This document shows, in pieces, positions 49,651-61,639 of a DNA stretch of 64,000 bases (within the stretch, counting starts at the first letter, position 1; the number at the start of each line of letters is the position of its first letter). Location of the stretch: NCBI RefSeq assembly GCF_001194135.2, contig NC_068989.1, positions 81,172,882 through 81,236,881 of the forward strand, in the 5' to 3' direction. The translations under genes and the position numbers were made by a program. The stretch comes from Octopus bimaculoides (taxonomy: Eukaryota). Under the pieces are notes generated by a model. It did no database searches. It worked only from the letters and a program-made list of their open reading frames with translations, and had not been told where the DNA came from.

Positions 49651-50559
49651 TCCCTATCACGTGAAAAAGGGAACAAATATAATGCAGAAATTATTTGATT
49701 TTTGAACGTTTTTTCCCTCAAAGTAAATCCTGAATTCTACCAACATATATTTTTAGAATCTCTCCTGTATTTAAACAGAGCCACGGTTAACCAAACTAGT
49801 AATATGTCAGTTGCCAGTCGAATAGTCCTTGAATTTTTACGTTAGGTTATGGTGCCAAGTCAAAGTCTTCTTCCTAGAAATATCACTTGCAAAAAAAATG
49901 GGCTCTGCTAAGTTGTTTATTTGTAAGGGTAATAATTATAAAGTAGTAAGTGTAAGATCTAATGCACTTCAAAAAATTATGCACACACACACACTCACGT
50001 GAATAAACAGTGAGATGTGAAAACAAAGTATTAAAAAATTTGCTTGCAACACACACGTTCTTGAATTATCCGAGGCCCTACCCAAAATTACACAACACAC
50101 TGTTATAAACACCCTTAGTTTACAAAATTCACTATTCATAATAAATGTAAAGCCAATAGCAATTTTCACTACTAAGCTAAGCGAAAACAGGTTTTACCTT
50201 TTCAGATGAGCAATTACTGTGTCAAGTATAAAATGAAAGCATTCTTACTATTATTAAAAAGATGTGGTTTATAAATTGTTCGACAAATAACAACTAGACA
50301 TACTTGTCATGTTTCACACTTTAACACATTAAATTGAATTGGGCTGATCGGTCAACGTTGGGGCTCTGACATCCTGACTATGGGAAATTGACAAAATCAA
50401 TTAACTGTTTAACTTTTGATAAATAAGTTTTTTTAAAAAATAGTATTAATTAGGGTATAATTGATTACAGACGTGACAATTGCAATATGAACTATTATTC
50501 AATTCGTTAACCTACAAGCTCAAGTACGTTTAAGTTCGGTACACATCATGAAGAAATAT

Positions 50560-50942
50560 GTAGCAATAAAGATTATAACGAATGACTTCCCGTCGTAAAG
50601 AGATGAAAGTCTCCTAACTTGATTTGGTTCGAAAACTGGACGAAGTATAAAAATTTTTTTTAAATGATAATAATAACAATGATCAGTAATCACTTGCAAT
50701 ATATATCGATATTTTGTTTAAAACAACCTAGTCGGACCTATTTTTGATTCCAGTGTTCCACAGTCGATCACCGTTGACGTCAACCACAGGATTTCGGCAT
50801 AACACAGAACCCCCACTACCGCCACCATCACGTTATGTTCCTTCATAACTTTCTGAAAAAATGCCTGTTTATTTTTTCAATGAAATTTCGCTGAGATATG
50901 TCTTTGATGTTGTAGATTACAATTATGTTGATAACATGAAAT

Positions 50943-50991
<49 letters not shown>

Positions 50992-51730
50992 NNNNNNNNN
51001 NNNNNNNNNNNNNNNNNNNNNNNNNNNNNNNNNNNNNNNNNNNNNNNNNNNNNNNNNNNNNNNNNNNNNNNNNNNNNNNNNNNNNNNNNNNNNNNNNNNN
51101 NNNNNNNNNNNNNNNNNNNNNNNNNNNNNNNNNNNNNNNNNNNNNNNNNNNNNNNNNNNNNNNNNNNNNNNNNNNNNNNNNNNNNNNNNNNNNNNNNNNN
51201 NNNNNNNNNNNNNNNNNNNNNNNNNNNNNNNNNNNNNNNNNNNNNNNNNNNNNNNNNNNNNNNNNNNNNNNNNNNNNNNNNNNNNNNNNNNNNNNNNNNN
51301 NNNNNNNNNNNNNNNNNNNNNNNNNNNNNNNNNNNNNNNNNNNNNNNNNNNNNNNNNNNNNNNNNNNNNNNNNNNNNNNNNNNNNNNNNNNNNNNNNNNN
51401 NNNNNNNNNNNNNNNNNNNNNNNNNNNNNNNNNNNNNNNNNNNNNNNNNNNNNNNNNNNNNNNNNNNNNNNNNNNNNNNNNNNNNNNNNNNNNNNNNNNN
51501 NNNNNNNNNNNNNNNNNNNNNNNNNNNNNNNNNNNNNNNNNNNNNNNNNNNNNNNNNNNNNNNNNNNNNNNNNNNNNNNNNNTTATTATCCCAATGTATA
51601 ACCCTGTCCCTAACCCTAACCTGCGTGTGCAAATGAATACGGGGTTAGGGTTAGGGTTAGGATCGACCACTCACGACTAGCTAGCGGGGACACGCGACTT
51701 GCGCGTTCGGGTCCGCGCTGCTTTAGTAGT
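50560..51730 (-). promoter_or_regulatory. Putative GBF1 promoter / first non-coding exon region (interrupted by a gap)
   Basis: First CpG-dense tract upstream of the coding exon 1 acceptor. It contains the palindrome GTTGACGTCAAC (50773-50784, CRE core TGACGTCA) and several CGCG motifs at 51690-51720. TSS not identifiable. Confidence 0.4.
51599..51661. repeat. Outward-facing telomeric-type repeats (CCCTAA)n - spacer - (TTAGGG)n
   Basis: taaccctgtccctaaccctaacc ... ggggttagggttagggttagg; perfect 14-bp stem 51608-51621 / 51643-51656. Confidence 0.9.
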
Positions 51731-52830
51731 ACCTAATATTTGATTACTTTTATTATTTGTCTTCTAAGATTTACACGATTAAAAGGATTTAGATTAATTT
51801 GGGTGACGAGGAATAGTACAGACGGCAGAGAGTCGGGTTACATTGTTTTGTGTCATCTATCTAGTTCGATGCTACGTGGCTTTGAGTTCAAATACTCTAT
51901 CGGTCAACTTTTACTTTTTATTGCTCCTGGAGTTATCCAAAAAAATATATTCTGGAGTTAATTAAATCAACTCTCACTTTGTCACACCGTATGTCAAGTC
52001 AACAGAAATTTTTATTTACATCCTGATCTCGCCTGTATTTAGCCAAAATATTATGGAGCTTATATCTTTTATTCTTTACTTCTTTCAGTCATTAGAATGC
52101 GGCAAAACTAAACACACACACACACACTTTATTAAGAATCTTAATTACAACTGTCCGGTGAACGGGAACGTGAAACTCTGAGTAGCAGTTTTTTGTGATA
52201 TTTTTGTAGCTTTAAAAAGCATATTACTCTATCTCCGGTATTCGAGTACTATTTTTTCCCACATTGTTTCACATTTATGTACTTACTCTGGTGTATGTGT
52301 GTGTGTGTGTGTATATATATATACAGCGCTTTGAAGGATTTTAGTCGAATGTGTCGATCCCAAAGTTTATTCTATCGGCCTTTATAGCCGAACCGCTGAG
52401 TTAGGAAACTAAAATTGTAAAATATGTGCCTTATCAAAACGGAGAAAATCGAATCTAAGAATGAATCAGTAACGAGTTCTTTTGAAACTACAGTGAAGAC
52501 GATATACAGATAAACGATTAATGATGAGCTATTCCAAGCAATGGCTCAAAAATATACTTAACCATTAGGAAATGAAAAGAAACTTATTAATATCATCTAT
52601 TAATTTTACCTCCTCAGCTCAAATCACACAACCTGCTGTCTTTAAAATAGAAAGACATATTGAATACTTACGGCTAGAATGTCTTATCATACGTCTGCTT
52701 GTTTAGAGCTGATCTGGGGTTAATCGCCAACACTATCAACCCCATAAATGGACTATTTTTTTTTATAATCCAAATACAGGTGAGATGCAACTTTCATGCT
52801 ATTAGGTAAAAAGTACGAGGTGTCACAAAT

Positions 52831-52867
<37 letters not shown>

Positions 52868-53465
52868 ATACAAAGAATACATATGCATGTATACACACAT
52901 ATGTACATACATACATCAACATGTGTATATAGATGCATATCAGGGTACAGGACATTAGAACAATGAACTACAGACCACAGAACGAACACACAGGAAAACA
53001 GATAGCCACTTGGAATTAATCCTTCGTCAGCTGCCTCTATTCTAACTAGACGTTTCGAAGATGAGAAACGAATTTAATCAGTTTAGTCCTAGATTAGCCA
53101 TGAATCCAACTAACTTATAATCAAATGCGCTCTACCGTGACCACCACGTTCTATTTTTTTTTTTTTTTTTTTACACAGTGTATCTACTTCCGTGCAACGT
53201 GTACCCAGGATCACATTAACCAACGCGTCCTCACTTTTTATTATTATTAGTAAAGATTATTAGGATAGGGCGTATAATCCGAAAGGAGATTCGACTGCCA
53301 TTTCTAGCAGGTTAAATACATTCTCCTTGACATGACGTACTTTAAATGTAGTGTCAGCACCAATAAGTGGACCAAAGCGAAAGACAAACATAAGTGAACT
53401 AACCTAGTCACACACACACACATGTGTATGTTGTATGTGTGTGTATTCTTTTGTTCGAGTTCAGT

Positions 53466-53517
53466 CTCTTGCTACTTCGAGTTTCGCCTGATAGTACACA
53501 GGGTCTTCAGAAAAGAG
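53466..53517 (-). ncRNA. Second hammerhead ribozyme family, partly decayed
   Basis: CUCUUUU/GCAAGAG stem I (5 WC + GU + 1 mismatch); CUGAAGA core (53510-53504); CCUG/CAGG stem II with a C-C mismatch at 10.1/11.1; GAAA; C-UCGAA-G stem III; GUA triplet. Confidence 0.55.
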
Positions 53518-53734
53518 TCGTAATGAATCTTGTTAAATTTCTTCCAACCACACTTGAAGTATTTCAATTTTAACCAGATTTTTTTTTCTTTTTTTTACAG
53601 ATTTACTACATTGATGTAACTTCTTTATTATTAATTTCTAGAAAAAGACTACTTTTTTTGTCTTTTTAAAATAATCTGGTGAATATTTTAAGTACTTTTA
53701 AGTGGTTGGAAGAAATTTAACAAGACCGTCGTAA

Positions 53735-53780
53735 CTTGCCAGAAGACTGCACACCCACAGGCGAAACTCAAAGGAGCAAA
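53735..53780 (+). ncRNA. Decayed inverted copy of the second hammerhead family
   Basis: CUUGC-CAGAAGA...CAGGC-GAAA-CUCAAAGGA-GCAAA; core U4 and the GU of the triplet are mutated. Lies in an arm that is the reverse complement of 53479-53561, including a perfect 24-bp match (53528-53551 vs 53702-53725). Confidence 0.45.
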
Positions 53781-54049
53781 ATAAAATATATTAATTTCTA
53801 TTGTTGTGGTACTGAGTAGTCTTCTGTCGGACAGTCAATACTAAATGTGTGTGTGTGTAGGTATATATCTTCGAAACGTCGAGTTAGAATAGAGGCAGCT
53901 GATGAATAATTCCAAGTGGCTTTCTGTTTTCCTGTGTTTGTTCCGTTGTCTGTAGTTCATTGTTCTAACGTCCTGTACCCTGATATGCATCTATATACAC
54001 ATGTAGATGAAAGTATATACATATATGTGTGTCTACATGCATATATATA

Positions 54050-54385
54050 TAATTTGTTTCAGTCATTTTGACTGCGGCCATGCTGGAGCACCGCCTTTAG
54101 TCGAACAAATCGACCCCAAGACTTATTCTTTGGAAGTCTACTACTTAATCTATCGGTCACTTTTGTCCAAACGCTAAGTTACGGGGACGTAAACAGGCCA
54201 ACATCGTGGGGGACAAACACAGACACAGAAATGCATACGTATATATGGCGGAATTCTTTCATTTTTCGACTGCCAAATCCACTCGCAAGGCTTTGGTCGG
54301 CCCGAGGCTACAGTAGAAGGTGCCACGCAGTGGGACTGAACACGGAACCATGTGGTTAGGAAACAAGCTTCTTACCACACAGCCA
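54050..54385 (-). mobile_element. SINE family C
   Basis: Same family; CpGs largely retained. Confidence 0.85.
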
Positions 54386-57101
54386 ACAATAATGATAGAT
54401 AGATAGAAATATTAATCAGCTGAAATTATAAGGTAACTGAAAAACTGCGAGTTTAATGCACAGTACGNNNNNNNNNNNNNNNNNNNNNNNNNNNNNNNNN
54501 NNNNNNNNNNNNNNNNATATATATATATATATATATATATAGTAAGCTGTATAGTTTCTGGTGTTGATGTTACTACTGTTGTTATTGTCTCAAGGGAGAG
54601 CAATCACATTCATAAGGATATAATCTATATTAGTGCGTGTGATTACCGATTGCAAAAAAAAAAAAAACTGTACATGTGTACAGCATCGATTTGATGACAT
54701 ATATCCAACTAGATGCAAACAAGCAAAACAAACAAAAAAAAACTAATACACATAATCTTTAGTTTACATTCTTTCAATTCTGATTTAGGACACAGTCCTG
54801 TCACACAAGCTAAAACATTACATAACAAAAATCTCTGTTGCATGTGGTATTAAATTGTCTTGGCACTTTTAACTAACCTTTTATCTATTTATATTTCAAC
54901 CACCCTGTTCTGTAGAGTTTGTAAAATAGAGAATTAAGAAAAGTAGTTAATTGTCATTATTTCATATACAAGGAAATGACATAAACAAGAGCAGGAAGTT
55001 TGAACATTAAACATATATGATGTAAATTTTTACTATTCCACCCGCCTATGTTTAACCCTGAATTTGTTTCGGGTAGAATGTAACCAAAGAACTTCATAAG
55101 ACTTAAGAGGTAAGATGTGATTTGAGAGAGATTCCGCTGTTATTTCTAGCAAATCAAATGACCACGTAGCGCACTCCCACACTTTCTTTGGAACATAAAT
55201 TATACAAAAGAATGTAGGTGGCAAATATAAACATCCATAGAAAACGGCCTAAACTTGTCCGAAAAGAAATGCCAACAGTTCTTTTCTCGCCTAAATTTTA
55301 CATTTTTTTTTCTTGTTAATGTTGGTGATTTTGTGCAACAAAAAGTTAATTAATACCATATCACATATATCATACGCAATCTGTAAACGTATGTGAGTTT
55401 GTATAAGCCAATAACACTACCTCATTGTTTTTAGAATATGATAATCAGAGACACAGACAGACGGAGAAAACAACAACACTATATAACAAAATAATACTAT
55501 TTCTCATTCATTATTATAAAAATCAAGAAAAGGTTGAAAAGAAGAAATGAATACGGCATCGATTTTTGACAAATGTGAAGTTCTTAAATAAAGGTTTGAA
55601 ATGTTGACATTAAAATTAAGGTAAGACGTAAAGGAAAACAATGATTCAATTAAGGTCATCATCTGTCTATCATCAGTTTATATAAAAGTACACTTATAGC
55701 GAGTAATAACTTTAGACATGATATATTATTTAACTTTAGGTTAACAAATATGATTATGTGGTTTGTTTTTAATCACTGGTCATTTTAAGGATTGCAAATA
55801 TTCTACGTCCATAGGGTCCCCGTTTGGTAATCAACAATCAATATGAAAGCCACTGATAATATCTATTATAGTTAAAGACTATCTAAGTAACTATGTGTGC
55901 ATGTGTGTATGAGAGAGTGTGTGTCTTGTGTTGTTTAATTGCATACATATGGTTAGACAATTATTTGTCAGGATATAGTAACAGATTGTTGTTATAGCAA
56001 AAAGATATATACACACAGCGAGACAAAATTTAGGTCGAAATAGAATCCCTTGATGCAAACAAAATCGACAATGAATGAAATTCGTATGATTTTACTATCC
56101 TTTCTCCCACGCTGTCTACAAGGAACAAATTATTGAGAAAAGAATATATGGAATTTGAAATTATGATTTCAACGCTGATGAGAATAAAAAGAAAAAACAC
56201 ATCGATAATCATCAATTATTTGCCACAAGCATAACAATACATTACAGATAAGCAAACATCGATTGCGAAAGAAGATTACGGTACGTATTAAATTTGACAA
56301 AGAAGCGAAGCCTAAGGGTTTATAAATGAGGGTACTGATGGTGGTCAGATTGTGTAATGTTCACGCTTTTATCAAAGAATTATTACTAATAATGATTTCT
56401 AAAAATTGGCACAAGGCCACGCATATTTTTGTGAGGAGGGTGTATGGCCGAATATCAAAATCGATACCCAAATACCTGACATGGTACTTTATTAAATTAA
56501 CCCCTCTTCTCCATCGAAGAAAGGAATGACAAAAGTTGAATTCGGAGGAATTCTGATATAGTGACAGGACCAAATAGTGAGCTTCTAAGTGGTCGCTCGA
56601 TTTCCAAGAAATAACAGTTAAATCTTCCGTAAATCGAATCACCATTCGTCTTAAGTAAAATAGCAAAAAAACACATTGGCTAATGTAGTCATAAAAGGAC
56701 TGGATGTCACAGTTGGAATGCCGCTTGCTCACAGCCAGTTCTACCCGGTCAGGGTTGACCGGGATGAGGGTAGGGAGTAAACAACAATTGACAATAATCA
56801 ATAATGTTTTCTTTAATAACCATTAAGGGTTGACAAAGACATCGAAGACGGGGTACAGAATGAAACAGTATGGAATATCATAAAAAAAGGTATGTAAACA
56901 GGAAAATAATAATAATAATGGTTTGTAATGTTATGAAATATTTGCACTCACCTTATCTGGTATATATATATTTTGGAGGGAGGGTTTGCTGAAGGAGTGA
57001 CACTCTAAAATGTGTGAGATTCAGAAGAGAACAAAAACTATCTTTTTTTCTCTTCTCTCTCTGTCTTTGAATATGTTTATTAGAGACAGACAGAAAGGCA
57101 A

Positions 57102-57134
<33 letters not shown>

Positions 57135-57639
57135 AACCCGAATGAGTTTTTGTTGTTTGATGTAAAAATAATGGCTGCTGCTTGTCACAACAGAAAACTA
57201 ACCCTGGCTCGTCGTCTGCAATACAATGTCCGTGCACATTAAACCTTAAAACACCTCAATCGTTTTTTTTTATATATTCTTTACGGAGAAACCTTCTTTG
57301 TACTTCCTTTTCCTCCTTTTTCTTCCTTTTTTTCTTCTTCTTTCAGTATTGCTTTGAAAAAACTCCGATCCCGATGTTATTCGGAGGCATTTTTTTGGGT
57401 TCCTTCGTATTCTCCGGTTTTAAGGGAGACCCCGAGAGGAGGAAGAGAATGAAAAAAATAATAGCATCAAAGAATTAAGTGAGACAAAAGAAATAAGTGA
57501 TATTATACAACACCATATTGGCCATCTGTAAACTTTTAGGCTAAATGACGTGGTGGAGTGTCGTCTTGTGATTTTGTAGTGAAGAGCTACCATGCAAGGG
57601 GACATAATTCAATTTTTATCACTGCTTTCATTGCAATTC

Positions 57640-58085
57640 CATTCACGGAGGTGGCAACCAGAAGTATTGTTACCACACCGGACAAAATACTTTGCGGCAT
57701 TTCTTCTGGCTCTATGTTCAGAGTTCAAATGCCGCCGAGTTCGACTTTGCCTTTCATCCTTTCTCGGTCGATGAAATAAGTACAGTTGAGCACTGGAGTC
57801 GATGTAATCAACCAGCCCCCTACACCCTATCAAATTTCTGGCCTTGTGCCTATAGTTGAAAGGATTCTAATTCCATTCAGCAAGCTGGCAGAATCATTAG
57901 CACATTTGGCAAAATGCTTAGCAGCATTTCTTCCAGCTTGGTATTCTGAGTTCAAATGCTGTTGAGGTCAACTTTACCTTTCATCCTTCAGGAGTCAATA
58001 AAATAAGTACCAGTTGAACACTGGAGTTGATGTAATCGACATACCCCCTCCCTTAAAATTGCTGGCCATGTGCCACAATTTGAAA
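57640..58085 (+). mobile_element. Two tandem decayed SINE family B copies
   Basis: Two repeats of gagttcaaatg...gactttgcctttcatcc...aagtacagttga..ctggagtcgatgtaatc. Confidence 0.75.
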
Positions 58086-58400
58086 TCATTATGATTCTAT
58101 TCATCTTTAGTATTTTATCTACAAAAGATTTTAATGGCTTAAAATTTTCAGCATCATTTTTATCATAATCAGAACAGCAGGTGTTCATATATTCATAAAG
58201 AGAGCTGATACAACAGTTTGTGCAATAAACCTCAGCAGACTTTTATATATGGACTGTTTGTGTAATGAACCTCAGCAAGTTTTTATATATGCAAAATGGT
58301 TTCAAGAATTGTTTATATTATGAACCTTAGCAGGTTTTTGTCCATATTTTTGCTGTGTTGTTTCTCTCCAAATAGCAGTGTATCAATAAGGGCCTTTTCT

Positions 58401-58613
58401 AAGGCAGCAAGCTGGCAGAAACATTCGCACACCAGGCGAAATGCTTAGCGGTATTCATCTGCCTTTATGTTCTGAGTTCAAATTCCGCCAAGGTCAACTT
58501 TGCCTTTCATCCTTTCGGGGTCGATAAATTAAGTACCAGTTGCGAACTAGGGTTGATCCAATCGGCTAGCCCCCTCCCCCAAAATTTCAGGTCTTGTGCC
58601 TAGAGTAGAAAAG
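58401..58613 (+). mobile_element. Full-length SINE family B
   Basis: Imperfect 16-bp TSD AATAAGGGCCTTTTCT / AACAAGGACCTTTTCT (58385-58400 / 58614-58629). Confidence 0.88.
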
Positions 58614-59346
58614 AACAAGGACCTTTTCTGGAGTATTGACAATAACTATGAAGAAATAATATTTGAACAAAAATTAGTGAATAGTAATACAGAAAATGTG
58701 AGTAAGGAAAGCATGGTTGTTTGAGTCTGTTTGGTATATGATGAAAGTAAATATGTCTTCAGCATCAAAATGTACAGTTGCCAAAACAGGTTGAATGTCT
58801 AGTCAGCCATGCCATATCGTCAGCATCCAATCTGTCACATCCAATTGTCTCATTCTGTAGTTGTTTGGCTTGGAGTCATAAAACTGCTTGATCAGGTCTG
58901 ACCTGGGGCTATACAACAACAACAACAATAAATTCTATATCATGGGTGAGTGAAAGAGTATGGAATTTGTTTCCTGTGATGGATGCTGTTCTACTTTATT
59001 GGAGAAGATACTTGATCAGCAGCATTTTCACTTTTAAAACTATATGAGTTGCTGTCAGTTTAGTCAGTACAGTATTGTTCTTTAAAGAACAAATCCACTC
59101 CACTCCAATCTTGTCAGAAAACTTCAATCAACTGATCTTAACGAAGTTGTTCCCCTTATCTAGCTTTTTAATTTAGATTTTAAACACTTCTAGTGAAAGT
59201 TTTTGTTAACTAATTGATCTGATAATCTCAGCTAATCAAAGGTTTTCAACTTATTATATTAATTATATAAAACTCTTGCATAGTGGTATTTAGTAAGCTC
59301 AGTATTTCTTCTGAAGTGTTTTCCTTCAGTCATATTGTTATACTTT

Positions 59347-59741
59347 GTGGAGGTGCAATGGCCCAGTGGTTAGGGCAGCGGACTCATGGTCATAGGATCG
59401 CGGTTTCGATTCCCAGACCGGGCGTTGTGAGCGTTTATTGAGCGAAAACACTTAAAGCTCCACGAGGCTCTGGCAGGGAATGGTGGTGAACCCTGCTGTA
59501 CTCTTCCACCACAACTTTCTCTCACTCTTACTTCCTCTTTCTGTTGTACCTGTATTTCAAGGGGGTCAGCTTTGTCACACTGTGTCACGCTGAATCTCAC
59601 CTAGAACTACGTTAAGGGTACACGTGTCTGTGGAGTGCTCAGCCACTTGCACGTTAATTTCACAAGCAGGCTGCTCCATTGATTGGATCAACTGGAACCC
59701 TCAACGTTGTAAGTGACAGAGTGCCAACAACAACAACAACA
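59347..59741 (+). mobile_element. Full-length tRNA-derived SINE, family A, (CAA)n tail
   Basis: 13-bp TSD ATTGTTATACTTT (59334-59346 / 59742-59754); A and B boxes present. Confidence 0.92.
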
Positions 59742-60212
59742 ATTGTTATACTTTAAGCTAAAGGTACCACACAGAGTTTGTGGCAAAAGCACTTATCATT
59801 CTATGATTCAATCCATTTAAAAGCAAGCAGACATTACTGGATTACAGCACTATCCCACCATAAAATTTCCCTTCTCACACAATATGCAGCTGGATCTCCA
59901 TATAATTACTAAGTGTTTAATTCAAATTCCACTTGAGGGTGTAACATAGTGGGCGATGGCATTTTAACTTCTGTTGTGTTCATCACTATGTTTATAAGGT
60001 TACCGTTGGTGTTCTAACAACTGTTTTATAACAAAAGCCAACAAAGGAGCCTCTACATAGTCATTTGATATGCTAAAAATATTAGCCAAATATCCCTCAA
60101 ATCAAATCTACTTCTTTCTTTCTTTTATATTTGGGGGAAAAGGCAAGAACACATTTATGTAACCAGGATGCATTTATGTTATCATTTATGTAATCAGTAA
60201 AATAAAGTAATA

Positions 60213-60253
<41 letters not shown>

Positions 60254-60254
60254 C

Positions 60255-61303
60255 AGACTCCATCAACTGCCAGAGGGGTGAGCTAGTGGTAATAGATAGC
60301 TTCCATTATCTAGGCAACCAAGTTAGTTGCAGAGGTAAATACTCCAAGAGCATAGCTGTAAGAATAAGATTAGGCTGGGCAAAGCTCAGAGAGTTCCTAT
60401 CTCTGCTGGCAACAATGGGTCTCTTTCTCAGAGTGAAAGGCAGATTGTATGATGCTTGTGTGCAAACAGCTATGCTACATGGCAGTGAAACATGGGCTGT
60501 GACAGCCAAGGACATGTGTAAGCTTGAATGAAATGAAGCCAATATGCTTTGCTGGATGTGCAATGTCAGTGTGCATGTTTGACAGAGTGTAAGCATCTTG
60601 AGGGAAAAGTTAGGCATAAGAGGCATCAGATGTGGTGTGTGAAAGAGACAGCTGTGCTGGTATGGCCATGTGATGCATATGGATGAGGACAGCTATGTAA
60701 AGAAGTGCTGATCTCTAACTGTAGAGGGAACCTGTGGTAGAGGTAGACCTCAGGAAGACATGAGATGAGATGGTGAAGCATGGTCTTTGAACTTTGGGCC
60801 TCACAGAGGCAATGACTAGGGACTGAGACCTTTGGTGATATGTTGTTTTTGAGAAGACCTGTCAAGCCAAGTCAAATCGCAATCATGGCTGATGCTGGTG
60901 TCACATAATTGGTACCCATGCCAGTGACACATAAAAAGCACCTTTCGTGTGTTGGGCCTCACAGAGGCAAAATAGCTGAGCTTTTTTCGAGTGTTGTGCC
61001 TCATGGAGGCAATGGCCGAGACCTTTGGCATTATGTCGTGCTTGAGAAGAAGACTCATCAAGCCAAATGTAATCGCCATTGTGGCAGATACCCGTGTCAC
61101 ACAAATGGCATCCGTGCCTGTGGCACATAAAAGCACCCATTATACTCTTGGAGTGGCTGGCATTAGGAAGGGCATCCAGCTGTAGAAACCATGCCAAATC
61201 AGACGGGAGTCTGGGGCAGCCTTCCAGCTTGCCAGCCCCTGTCAAACCATCCAACCCATGCCAGCATGGACAATGGATGTTAAATGATGATGATGATGAT
61301 GAT
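60255..61303 (+). mobile_element. Decayed RTE-type LINE 3' portion
   Basis: VIDSFHYLG...RVKGRLYDACVQTAMLHGSETWAV...WYGHVM..GRGRP with stops; 3' UTR; (GAT)n tail. Confidence 0.88.
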
Positions 61304-61639
61304 GGTTACTGCCATTGATTTCAAATTTGTAAGTGTTTGAAGGAGAGGATTTAAGAAAAAAAAAGTTTAAAAATAAATTTGCTTGGGATTGGACAGATGT
61401 GTTTGTGATTACAGGATATAATTCTTTTATTGTTCTGTTGCTTCATCTCATTGTTTTGGTGCATCATGACATTTTACACCATGCAGATAAATCTGAGCAA
61501 CAACTTCCCCAGGATGTCAAATATAAGCTGTAGAAATTTTAGTGATTGCTTCAACTTATCCTTATTCTTACACATAAGGACAGGTCTTCCTTTAACACAG
61601 TATCCCTCTACTTGTTGGCTATACAAAAAAACTTTTTCA

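Larger units (their letters stand above)
52891..54031. repeat. ~165-bp divergent inverted repeat pair (52891-53062 and 53867-54031), probably Penelope-like terminal repeats
   Basis: Arms are reverse complements over GAAACGTC-(t/g)agttagaatagaggcag-CTGA(T/C)GA...ttccaagtggct...gtaccctgatatgcatctatatacacatgt; ~800 bp spacer. Confidence 0.75.

Noticed and set aside
7559-51670. Long ORFs containing X runs (e.g. 7559-8582, 9295-10023, 19734-21005, 50843-51670)
   Set aside because: Length comes from N gaps; the real parts are LINE fragments or microsatellites.
5927-59741. CRISPR-like or prokaryotic systems
   Set aside because: Eukaryotic intron-exon DNA; repeats are dispersed SINE/LINE copies with no regular repeat-spacer array.
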